DNA of 63,657 bases, filler included. It is 16 parts of 16 records of this genome, joined end to end, with 100 filler letters (N's around TTAATTAATTAA, not from the genome) between each part and the next. Parts side by side here need not be neighbours in the genome. Positions count along the whole stretch, not along the records: positions 33,174 to 36,447 come from SRR15195285_20374; positions 36,548 to 40,357 come from SRR15195285_20639; positions 40,458 to 43,763 come from SRR15195285_20647; positions 43,864 to 49,638 come from SRR15195285_20728; 12 more parts are not named here. One strand, written 5' to 3'. A model generated the notes under the pieces. The model did no database searches and had not been told where the DNA came from. It worked only from the letters and a program-made list of their open reading frames with translations. A program made the translations under genes and the position numbers. Positions 36,101-46,800 of this stretch are shown here, piece after piece (within the stretch, counting starts at the first letter, position 1; each line of letters begins with the position of its first letter).

Positions 36101-36353
36101 CTTCCAGTGTGGAGCTTGCAACAACCGTACACTGCGCTGCATTGCCTCTGGGTGCAGTCGAATGGCACGTGGTGGAGTACTGTGGGACAACGGTGCGCCA
36201 GCCCAACGTACGACTTGATTTTGCTCTTGATGATTTTAAAGACAACAATCTGTTGTGCCAGGACTATGCGTGCGCTGCGACCCAACATCCTACGCCAATC
36301 GTGCAGAATCTGCCGAGCTGGCGCAGGCTCGGGCGAGTCTAAATAGCTCCTGA
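33174..36353 (+). CDS. U-box / degenerate P-loop GTPase / EcsC-like / Cys-rich domain protein; 5' truncated, 8 exons
   Basis: U-box (LVCPITLEVMSDPVVAADGRTYERAAI..W...TSPLTN). GEDLAGKSS, NKMD and ISAR. EcsC-like GAVTGVGGF..VPA...IAHLGGYD and KAIPLIGAAISG. C-terminal CSWC..CGAC..C..C..CVRC. Introns 34513-34592, 34749-34824, 35230-35303, 35497-35609, 35744-35826, 35944-36011 and 36193-36261. Confidence 0.75.
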
Positions 36354-36384
36354 TTTTGAGACGAGGCTTGGGGAGAGGTAGTGG

Positions 36385-36573
36385 CAGCAGGAGCAGGAGC
36401 AAGAACAGCAGCAGAAACAGGAGCAGGAGCAGGAGCAGCAGCAGCAGNNNNNNNNNNNNNNNNNNNNNNNNNNNNNNNNNNNNNNNNNNNNTTAATTAAT
36501 TAANNNNNNNNNNNNNNNNNNNNNNNNNNNNNNNNNNNNNNNNNNNNTGCTGCTGCTGCTGCTGCTGCTGCTG
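36385..36573. repeat. CAG/GAGCAG and CTG microsatellites at contig ends on either side of a spacer
   Basis: Simple repeats at 36385-36447 and 36548-36573. Similar ends occur at 53021-53047 (CTG) and 29118-29142 (poly-C), consistent with assembly breaks. Confidence 0.85.
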
Positions 36574-36607
36574 CCCGGTTGGGCGGGCACTCCGGGCGCT
36601 CTCTGAG

Positions 36608-37936
36608 ATGCAGCTCAGCCGGCGTAGCAGCCCGACTTCGCGCAGTGGCTTGCGACAGAGCCCGAGCCGGAGCAGGCGACGCCAGCCGCGAGTCTGCGAC
36701 GCGGCTGATGCGCGGTGGAGCCACGAGCTCGCCGTACGACAGCAGGACCGCGAGGTGGACGCGGAGCACACCGATTCGGTGTTTGCTGAGCAAGTGCGGC
36801 TGTGGCTCGTGGACCTGGAGCAGAAGCGCGCCGCGCAGGTAGGAACGCGACTAGTCGATGTGAAGTGGCAGAAGCATGCGAAGCAGCGAAACCGTCAGTA
36901 CATAGGGAGCGTCAGGCGCAAGCATCGGGAGCGCGAGGAGCTGTCGAAGAACCGAGTCGAGGCGAAGAACGTCTTTGTGCGTGACTTGCGAAAGTCGCAG
37001 CGCACGTTGCTGCTGCAGCTTGGCACCGCGCTGCGCAGCAGGAATTTGCCCGACGTCAATATCCTGACCCCGCCCATCATGCAGAATATGCTGCTTGAGG
37101 CGACCGCCGCAATGCGTGGAGAGCTGACCGACAGCACTGGCGGTCGACGCATGCACATTATCAATGCAATGCGAGAAGCGAAAATTGAGATAGACTCCCT
37201 TCAGTGGCGTACTATCATGAAGTTTTTTAGGTTGCCGACAGTTGCGGAGCTGTCCGACTACTTCGGCGACGTGAATTTGCTGTTCGCGGAAGGTGGACTA
37301 TTGACCAACTGCCAGCTGCAGGTCGCCTTCAGAGACGGGCGCAAGCCCATCACGATCGCTTCTCTTGCAGACGCGCATAACGCTGAGCTCATTCCCGGAA
37401 AGTTTCCTCCGCCGCGGCGCACGCGATCTAAATCTCCAGATGCGTTGTCAACCTCCGTGAGCTACAGTCAGAGCGAGCCGGAGCTGCACCACAGTAACAG
37501 CAGCACCAGCACGCCCGATATGTCAAGGGAGTGGGAATCTTTCAAGCCGTCGCCAATCACAGATCCTCGTGGAGACCTACCAGCAATTGTCGGTCCTGGT
37601 GACCCTGTTGTGGGCGGAGCTGCATCTCACTCCAACGCAGACGCAGCACAGAAGCATCGGCAGCAGACCGCGAAGGCTCTGGGGCGCGTGCTGGACCTGG
37701 CGAACTCATGGGAAATGGCACGAGGGCACCTGAGCCGAAACTGGTTCCGCACATACCTCGCAACGAAATCGGGGGGCAGGTACAAGCCTTTCGTGGACTG
37801 GCTCTGTGGAGCTGACGACTCCCCTGCGCCCGCCGACGGTCATGCGCAGCGAGATCGTGGCGTGTTTCGGCGCTATGATGAAGACCGCTCTGGTACGATC
37901 GAGATGGACGAACTGCAGAATGCAGTGCACGAGTAA
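36608..37936 (+). CDS. Hypothetical coiled-coil protein with an EF-hand; continues past an intron at about 37933
   Basis: 442-aa ORF with EF-hand DEDRSGTIEMDEL followed by a GTAAGC donor. Downstream exons not resolved. Confidence 0.6.
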   Translation: MQLSRRSSPTSRSGLRQSPSRSRRRQPRVCDAADARWSHELAVRQQDREVDAEHTDSVFAEQVRLWLVDLEQKRAAQVGTRLVDVKWQKHAKQRNRQYIGSVRRKHREREELSKNRVEAKNVFVRDLRKSQRTLLLQLGTALRSRNLPDVNILTPPIMQNMLLEATAAMRGELTDSTGGRRMHIINAMREAKIEIDSLQWRTIMKFFRLPTVAELSDYFGDVNLLFAEGGLLTNCQLQVAFRDGRKPITIASLADAHNAELIPGKFPPPRRTRSKSPDALSTSVSYSQSEPELHHSNSSTSTPDMSREWESFKPSPITDPRGDLPAIVGPGDPVVGGAASHSNADAAQKHRQQTAKALGRVLDLANSWEMARGHLSRNWFRTYLATKSGGRYKPFVDWLCGADDSPAPADGHAQRDRGVFRRYDEDRSGTIEMDELQNAVHE

Positions 37937-38427
37937 GCTGAGCCAAACTGAATCGCTTGCTTGTCCCTGCACACTGCAGACGTGTAGCACTGGCGGAACT
38001 GGCGGATTGCTAATGCTGTGCTCTTGGCTGCTGGTGAAAACGCAGCTTCATTGAGTCTGAATACAAGCGAGCACTCCATTTCTCGAGCGAAGGTGGCGCC
38101 GACCGAACCTCGCGGACCTCAGGAGACAACCACCACACTAAGCTAACGGGGTCACACCACACCCCGCTCACCATCGGCTTCGTGGACACCGACTACCGGC
38201 GACTACGCGGTCGAACACCGCCAGTAGGATCGCTCCGTTCCTTTGCTGGACTCTCGGCGTCCTGCCGATGAGTGTGAAAGACGCCGTCAAATGTACTGCG
38301 GTGCCTACATCCGCACCCAGTCGCTCACACTCGGTTCCTATATTGCTCGCACCACGCCACCTCAACCCGTGACTCAGACTCAACTCACCAACCTCACTGC
38401 CCGTCGTTCACCCGCTTTTGATGGCGA

Positions 38428-40122
38428 CTACCGTTTGCCTTTTTTTGACTTCGCGATCATCTCCTCGCGTGCTATCAAGTGACAAGATTGCTCCACCAGC
38501 GAAAGCAGCCCAGATATGTTGCCCGCCCAGGAGTTGAGCTGCCCACTCGCGTCCGCCGCCTCCCTAAAAGACACGATTTTGTTCGGTCGGTCAATCTTCG
38601 CGTACCTGCAAAATCATATCCAGGACAGCCCGGTCAGCGGCGAATGGAGCAAGCCGTGGCATTCGCAGCATTCGACCGCGGTAGCTTGCATGTGGACAGG
38701 CTCTCGGGCAGCAACGTACACAGACTTGTCGACAACCAGGCGGGAAAGGTTCTCCTCCGTTTCGTCCGGCGACTTATCCAGCAGGCTCGCCAGTCGGTCC
38801 GAGCGGATCTTCGAGTAGCACTTGGCCACGACGCGAATATTGTGCTCAACCACACGCGTGTCCACGTCCTGGGATCCCATGGGCGATCACGCAATGGCAC
38901 AGCATACGGCCAGTTAGAACCAGCTCTCAGCCAGCCGTAGGGGGCGGGTGTGTGCTACGTCTAGCCACATCACTAGCCACGTCACTGTACCGTCACACTG
39001 CGGCAACTAGAGGACGGCACGCACCTTCCATCGCTCCTTCGCGAGCTCCGACTTGTCCGCAGGGAACGCGGCACCGACAGCGTTCATCTCCGCCTGGTAC
39101 GCAGCTGTCAGGTCGGCCATCTTGAAGATCTCGTCCGTGACGAATCTCTTCACGAGGCTCTTGAACGCCGGCAGGTCATCGAGCTGCTTGTGCCCCGCAA
39201 TCCGATGGATGAAATCCGACTGCTCGTTGTTATGCGGCGAGAGGATCAGGAAGATCACCACGCACTTCATGACCTCGGCCCACTTTCCGGAGTAGTTGTG
39301 CTCGAACTCCGGCAGCTCCTTCTGCACCGAGGGTGTGTCGAAGATTGCGTAGTACGACTTGGCGATCTCGAGGTAGGCCTTGTCCTGGGTGTCCTTCTGG
39401 ATCATCAGGTCGTAGTACCGCACCTTCAGATCCTGCAGCGTGCTGTCGGCGAAGACCTTCGGGTTGATCTTCTTCGAAATGATCGCCGTGCGCACGATGT
39501 CGCCCTTGGCCAGGCAGAGCCGCATCTGATCTAGGATGTACGCCGTCTTCTCGCGCTTGGACATCTCGCCGATCGTCTCGACCTGCACCTCCTGGAGCAA
39601 GTTGCACGCCTCCTCTATCTTGCCCTGATCCTCCTTGATCTGCACCAGCGAGCGCGTCAGCCGCGCCCGCTCCATCTCGACGAAGATCTTGCCCTCCGTC
39701 ACGGAGCGGAGCGTGTCGAGCAGCTCGAGCCGCTTGTCCACGTCCGTCTCCTTATCCAAGAACACCATCGCCTTCTCCACGCACTCCTTGATCACCTGCT
39801 TCAGCTGCGCGCGGCGCTTCGAGATGATGAGCACGTTCTGGTTCAAGGCGGACCAGTCCTTGAGCTCGTCGCACAGGTCAAGGATGGCGAGGCAGGCCTT
39901 GCGCGTGGGGCTGAGCTCGCCCGCGAGGCGCGCCTTCTTCTCCGCCTCGAAGATTGTGTCTATCGCCTCCTGCAGCCGCTCCGGCCCCGCCGCGTCGTTG
40001 TACGCGATGGACTGCGCGGCCGCGATCGCGGTCTCCACCAGGAGCAGGATGTCCTCGTCCACCTTCTCTTCGCCGCCCTGGCCGATGTTCGTCGTCGCCA
40101 TGTCGGCGCTGGTCTTCTCCAT
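38428..40122 (-). CDS. RPN5: 26S proteasome lid subunit RPN5/PSMD12; 3 exons
   Basis: EKKARLA, SKRRAQLKQ, TEGKIFVEMERARLT, LQEVQVETIG.M.KREK, RVVEHNIRVVAKCYSKI, VYAKIDRP. Exons 40122-39025, 38868-38720 and 38605-38428. Confidence 0.97.
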
Positions 40123-40567
40123 CGCGGGCGCCGCCCTCCGGAGAAGGACCCACCCCGCCCGCCCTCGCTGCGCAACACGCACACAGAGACAGCGCCGCAC
40201 AGAGCACGGCCGCGTAAGCAAAAAGGACGACCGGGGAAGTACTGGTGGTGGTGGTGATGGTGGTGTGTGTGTGGGAGGGGGGAGGGGCGGGGGTAGGCGA
40301 TCGCGATTGCACAAGCAACGGCCGACGGCCCCCCGTGAAATGCGAAGCGACACACGANNNNNNNNNNNNNNNNNNNNNNNNNNNNNNNNNNNNNNNNNNN
40401 NTTAATTAATTAANNNNNNNNNNNNNNNNNNNNNNNNNNNNNNNNNNNNNNNNNNNNAGTGCTGAGTTCTATGGGTGGATGTTGCTGCTCTCGGTGATTG
40501 GACTTTTCCGTTGCTCCGGAAGGTGGGCTGCCGGAAGCGATCAATCGATTGATTTGAAAGTTCAACA

Positions 40568-43500
40568 TTACACGCTAAACGTCGCGCAATCGAACCCAGA
40601 TTCGCGCAAGAAACGCAGCACAGTGCCCTCTTGCAGCTCCGCGCCGCCTGGGTCGTGCCAAGACGATGCTTTCGTTTGCTTGTTGAAATAGAACGGGTGA
40701 TTGTTTTGATCTTTCATCTCAACCCAATCGTCCGCTGCCACGGCGACAAGCACCTCCCTCAACTGCGCCGAGGAAAGAGAATCGACATGATCACGTTGTT
40801 GCAGCAGGTCAAATCCGTCCTTGAACAGTGCCAGAATCTGTTCTTGGTCGTGGCGAGTTGTGTGGCCGCTGTGAGAACTGGTTGAGACCCACCACATCGC
40901 GAATTCTAAGTATGACACACGGCCACTTTTGTCTTCATCAATCGAGGTGAATACATCTTGAACAGACGTCAGAGAGCTTGCAGTCACCTGTGCTTGATCT
41001 CGGTCCCGCCCCTGGAAATCGTGTGGTGACCTAGCAAATGTCAGCTTTATAGGGCGCGCTTTTGTCATCCGCAGGACGTCAGCTAGACGTCCTTGGCTCA
41101 AGTGTCCGAGGATATCATGTTCGTTGGCATCTGTCAGCAAGTGCCCTTCACGCACACCCCCGAGTGCCGCTGGACCATTTTCCTCGATGTGGGATACCTC
41201 GACCATGCCAAAATCTGCCAAAGAAGGGTGGTGAGTTTCAATTAGATCCATACCGAGTGGACCACGATCAAATTGTACTACACATGCCGTGTGAAGCCGA
41301 TGCCGGACCATCGCAAGGTGGCCGATCGCCTGAGGGGCGTGAGGCATATCGGCTACCATGCTTTGCAAAGTTGGGTGTTTTGCATGCATGTACCATGCCT
41401 GGAACATTCGACTCAGCACCTCTTTCTCATATTGTATCTGCGTATCCGCTTCCACAATATCACGAAGTGGATTGGTCGTCAACCCGTATGGCTCAGCATC
41501 GAGACGTTTGAACCCCAGCTTCTGGTAGGGTCTTAAAATGATGCAGGTCGCCACCAGCACCCCACCAAGCAAGGAGCTGCCGATACATGCCGTCAAGAAG
41601 GTAGTCATGTCTGTTCCCTCAGAGCACGTTGCACCTCGGTACTCCCCGCAGGCTGCTCGATAGATGCTGTTCCTGCTCTCAGAGTCATCAACCCCAGCGT
41701 GGCATGCAAGACACTCAGTCCCATTGGGGCTGTAAAATCCATCGCTGCAAGTTGTGCAGGCGATACCACTTTCCGGTGCCATACCAGGAGGACATACCTC
41801 ACATAGCGAGACATCTGAATGAGAGAACATACCAGCGGGGCATGGCACACATGCCATGCTATTTTCAGTGATGTTTGTGGTGTTGCTCGTGGGCGCTGCC
41901 ACGTGATGTGGCTGTAAGCCTGGCGCACAAGTGTCCCATGTATGCGTACTCGCATTGTAAATCTGGTGAGCTTGCCCGGGCTCACACGAAGTTCGCTCGC
42001 TATTAGCCTTCGTGTGAAAAGGACACGGAACACACTGCAAGCCATCCTGAGAGCGACGCAAAGCAGTCTCAGCCAACGGGAGCAGCAACTGAATGGAAGG
42101 CAGGCAGAAAACACGGCAGCAAAATAGCACACAATGGAGACATGGGCATCATACCGGTGATATCCGATTACCTTGGCACTTTGAGCAGCCTGTCTCTGTT
42201 CTCTCATAACCGACCCGGCATTCGCGACAGTAGTTCCTCTCTGTAGTCGCGTTGAAATTGGCTCCGTCGTCTGCACATATCGTACATGCTGCAGCACCAG
42301 CGAAAGGCAAACTCACATGGGTAGACCCGAATCTCATTGAGCACACTCCTGGTGACGCTACAAAATCCAAAAAACCACTCATGCTGCATGGTAAGCAGGC
42401 ATCATTATACGGCTGGTTCGCGACCCAGCCGTCAGGGCAAGGCTCACAGTGGACCAGATCGGTAGTCACCAAGTCCTCTGCACAAAAAATGCAGTTGGTT
42501 TGATTAACGTCAGCAATCTGACCCCTCTCACATTGCAAACACTTTGCGCCCGAGCTTACGGTCCCGGGAGCACACATGACACATGCAGACATCGAAGGAC
42601 TTGGCTCTGTGCCACCAGGACAGTCCATGCATGTGTGCTGAGTATTGCTTGAGCTGTATCTTCGAGAACACGGGACGCACGACCGGTCATCCCAAGCAGG
42701 TTCTGTGCCATTGGCACAGGGCACACATGCCCTGCCATTGGACGATACGTGTCCCAAAGCACAGCTGTGACAGCCTGTTCGGTTGTCAAATGGCTGTTTG
42801 CCAGGTTCACATCTAGTACAGATTGAACCGTCGCTTATCTTCTCGTCGATGCAGTCGATACAGGCCGTCCAGTCACTGCTGGGCTCTTTTCCACTGGGAC
42901 ACTGTGTACACGGACCTCCATCTGGCGACACGTATCCCCCACCGTGCGTAGTACAATCTCTACACGCAAATCGAAACTCGGCTGTCGTCGGTTCCTTTCC
43001 GGCAGGACAGGACTGGCAAACGCGTCCATCTGGGCTGAATAGTGTCGCCTGATTTGACAGTTGGCTTGCACCACAAGGCAAGCAGGTGCTATGCTCTGCA
43101 TTGACCTCTGATCCTGGTGGACAAACCTCGCACGATTTTCCCTCCTCTGGCGAGCCTTCGGTGTTGAATTTCCCCTCTGGGCACCGCTCGCACGAAGATG
43201 CACCCGTGTAGCTTGAAGGGTATTGTCCTGCGGGACATTTCTCGCACCGACGTCCATCAGTGCTAACCTCCATTTCACACTTCTTACATTCAGTTGGGCC
43301 ACTGCTTACATTCGTCGAATGCGGACCCGTCGTTGTCGGTTCGTAACCTGGTGCACACAGTATACAGTTGCCACCGTCCAGAGAATAGGTCTCGGAAGAA
43401 CAAGGTTCACACGCTGACCCACTTGTGTCAACCTGCTTTCCAGGCGGACAAGTCAGACACGTGCCGTCAGCCGGCCCGCCCAAACACGCCTGGCACCCAA

Positions 43501-43763
43501 CGCTCCCGACATAATCCTGGTACGGAAGTGCAATCTCATTCAAGCCACATTCTGCACAGGGAGAGCCATTGATTGACATTTTCCCAGGTGGACAAACTTC
43601 GCACACACTGCGATCTCGACGAGACGGCAAGCTGCTCCAAAATGCTGATTCCTCTGGGAAGCTTCGGACTTGTACTTGCTTTCCAGGTTCACAACGAACA
43701 CATGGACCGCCATCGATGCTGACCTCGCCTGATTCGCAATCCACACAGCCTGTACGATCGTCC
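40568..43763 (-). CDS. Single-pass receptor-like protein: GCC2/GCC3 (ephrin-receptor-like) Cys repeats, TM, PDZ, EF-hand, WW; 5' truncated
   Basis: Many C..C..G...S.DG..C repeats; intron 42154-42047; TM; PDZ (GPLGMDL...GPAALGGVREGHLL); EF-hand (DEDKSGRVSYLEF); WW (WVEMKDQNNHPFYFNKQTKASSWHDP). Confidence 0.85.
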
Positions 43764-43863
43764 NNNNNNNNNNNNNNNNNNNNNNNNNNNNNNNNNNNNN
43801 NNNNNNNTTAATTAATTAANNNNNNNNNNNNNNNNNNNNNNNNNNNNNNNNNNNNNNNNNNNN

Positions 43864-46800
43864 GTTGATGAGGCAGGAAGAGAGGGATGCATACCATCGG
43901 CGACCAATGCGCAACGAGCTGTATGATGACTTGATCTCACAAATTTCGAAGGTAGAGAGGACGGGACTCTCGTCGATGGCCGGAGACTTTGAGACTACGT
44001 TGGAAGTAATATGGACACAACGATACCACAGAGAAATAATGATGGAGTTAAAAAACTTGGAGAAACGATGGGCTGAGCTTACTTTTGGCCCGCGGGGCCA
44101 AGGCAGTGTCGCAACCTCGTTTACTGTGGACACTTTTCCACAAGCAGAATGGACAGACTGGTGGTCTGAGTCGTCTGCGTTCAAGATTCCTGACGCCGCC
44201 AAAGAGAGCGTTACAATCCGCAGTGAATGGAAAGTTGGTAAAGGCTTGGCGAACATGATTGTAGATGCTGGCATTTCACCAGACGTACCTCTTGAGGAAC
44301 GGTGGAACATCGTGCTGCGCGAAGTGATTCTCACCAGCCAGCGTAGCTACGAGGCTCTGGAGCGCAAGAGAGAGGTGGTGCGGGAAGATCCAGAACTGGC
44401 CAAGGAAACAATGAAGTACATCGGCCCACAGACGGAGCTCAACGAAATTCGCCCTCAGTTGTCCCATCTAGAATCGCACTATGAAATGAGAGCATGTTAC
44501 AAGAGTGGTTACAAGCAAGATGTCGACTTTCGAAACTTGCCGTTTCGTCGGGTGGACTTCGTGGCAGATGCACTGCAGAACACGGTAATGATCATGGACA
44601 CTGGACTGGGCATGGCTCAACGTGATATTGAGACCATTTTGGGCCGCATACTCAAAACTCCAGAGGGCGAAGACAGCGAAACTGATGGCAAGGCTCGGTA
44701 CCTGAACTTCAAACGAGATATGCAAGTACGTAGCAACTTCGTTTCGGACCCACAGGCCTCGCTCATCGGTCACGTCAGCATGGGTTTCTGGGCTCTGTTT
44801 GGAATAGCCGAGAAGGTTACGGTCGTTACGGTTGACTGGGAGACCAAGGAGCAGATGTACTGGACTTTGCCGAGGCCACCAACCAACGATGAAGAAGCGC
44901 AACGGATAGACTCGCTGGCGATGCATGGAGCGAAGACTCGAGATCTCCCGCCTGATTATCCCCAGCGTGATCTCATAGCTAAAGACCTTGGCAGAGGCAC
45001 GAAGATCGTTTTGAATTTGCAGGAGTCTGAGCGGGGCGTGTTTGCGGACGGCCTTGTTCGTTTGGAGAGCTTTTTACAGGATCAAAGTTGCTTCACTAGG
45101 TTTCCCGTTTGCCTTTGGGAGGTGAATAAGTCACCGCCATTCGTCGAGGTTCACCTAGCTGACACGGGGTGCACCTGCCGTCTCTGTCTGGACCTCGAAT
45201 TGGTGAATGCTGCCTCCAAAATGTCGCTGTCACAAATGTGGCAACTTATTCACCAACATAATGCTAAACAGAACAGTACAGACAAAGTGCAAGCTGGGGC
45301 AGGTGGTGTGTCAATATGCGGCAGATGTAAGCCATCGATGAATCGACCTTCCGAGCGAATGGGCCTCCGAGATCTCGACCGCAACTGTAGTCGCGCCCAG
45401 CTGTTGTCGGCACTCGACCGCCGAGGTTTTCGGTTTGAAGAAAAGCGCCGATACTCCTTTGGCAACCGGTACAAGCTAGTAAAGCAGCCACATTCAAAGC
45501 GCAAGGTCGAGCTTGTGGCTGGAGGTAGCATTTCAGCCAATTCTACTCGTGATACCATCCTTCAGCTGGCTGTCGATGTACTTGTACTGTTACTGTGGAG
45601 TGTGCCACTTGTGACTTTTATGAGTGTAGCACTTGGTGACCTTCGCAACATTCAAAATCTGGAGATATACTATATTGGTGGCATCCAGATTTTGCGGGAC
45701 GTGATAGCCTGCCGTTTGGAATCCAACAGTGTCAAAATAGCGCTGATCGGCCTGACCATCCTCTGGGGCTTCAGCATTTGGGGCTTGAAAATCAAGCGCA
45801 GAAACACCACGGACGCAGTTCGGCACGGCAGCCGCAGTCTCCCCGGAGAGCGAAGGGTTGTGGCTCGCTTAAACCGACCCGTCGTTGTGCACACAGTGGT
45901 CAGATCCTCAGTTCCGTTCAAAGAGGTGGACCTGACGTGGTATCGATTGACTCAGCAACATAGCTCCTACTTTGGGTTTCTGCAAACTTTCCTCGGACGC
46001 AACATGCAATATGCATTCCCGCCCACGGATAGAGACTTGCCCCGACCACCCGAGGGTGAGCAATGCAGGAATTGGATTTTCAGGGCCTGTTTTCCTCTTG
46101 CAACAAGCCTCAGGTATGGTAAGTTTATGACAATGTGCACTGCAATAGAAACCGCTGGTCTGGCAAGCAGGGCGATGGGCGTCAACCTCTTCGGACAGGA
46201 CATGGATAGCTCATTCCAGCTCGGTGGCTTTATGTGGTTCGCGCACTTCGTTTTTGTTGTTGAGACGCTCGTGAAGATTGGTGGCTTCGGAGCATCGTAC
46301 TATTTTTGGGGCGAGGCAAAATGGAACAACCGGCTCGATTTCGTGCTTGCGTATGTGTGGTACATTGACTCGATTGCTTGGTTGCTCTTCGACATTCCCG
46401 ATGGCAGCATGCAGTCTACTGCTTTGCTGCGCCTCCTGCGCGTAGCTCAGACAGTGCGAAACACCATAATTTCACAAGCCTCCGTCGAGACAATAGAACA
46501 GACCGAAGTGCGCCAGCACATGAAATCCACTTTTCTCGGTGAAGATCACGTGTACCAAAATCGTCGGCAAGAACTCGATCTCTTGTTGCAAGTTTTTCCA
46601 CACCCGAAGTTTTCGCGGCTGTTCCGCAACGCGCGCGGGCGGACTATGAATCCACGTTGCTGCGGGTCCAAACGCGACGAGCGAGACTGGGGTATCGGCA
46701 TTAAGTGGGTAAGTTGGTTCATGATGGAGCTGGAAGCTTTCTTTGCACACCATATGCAGTATGTGTGGCCCAACGTGTTCAGCTACACGTATTTGCGTCG

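Noticed and set aside
39635-40405. Long antisense or alternate-frame ORFs (also 19996-20589, 60403-61161 and others)
   Set aside because: They are shadow ORFs of GC-rich coding sequence with no recognisable domains.
42297-42350. Possible non-canonical intron interrupting a Cys repeat (SPGVCSMRFG..AAAC)
   Set aside because: The frame is open, a GT-AG excision would shift it, and a GA donor cannot be supported without transcripts.
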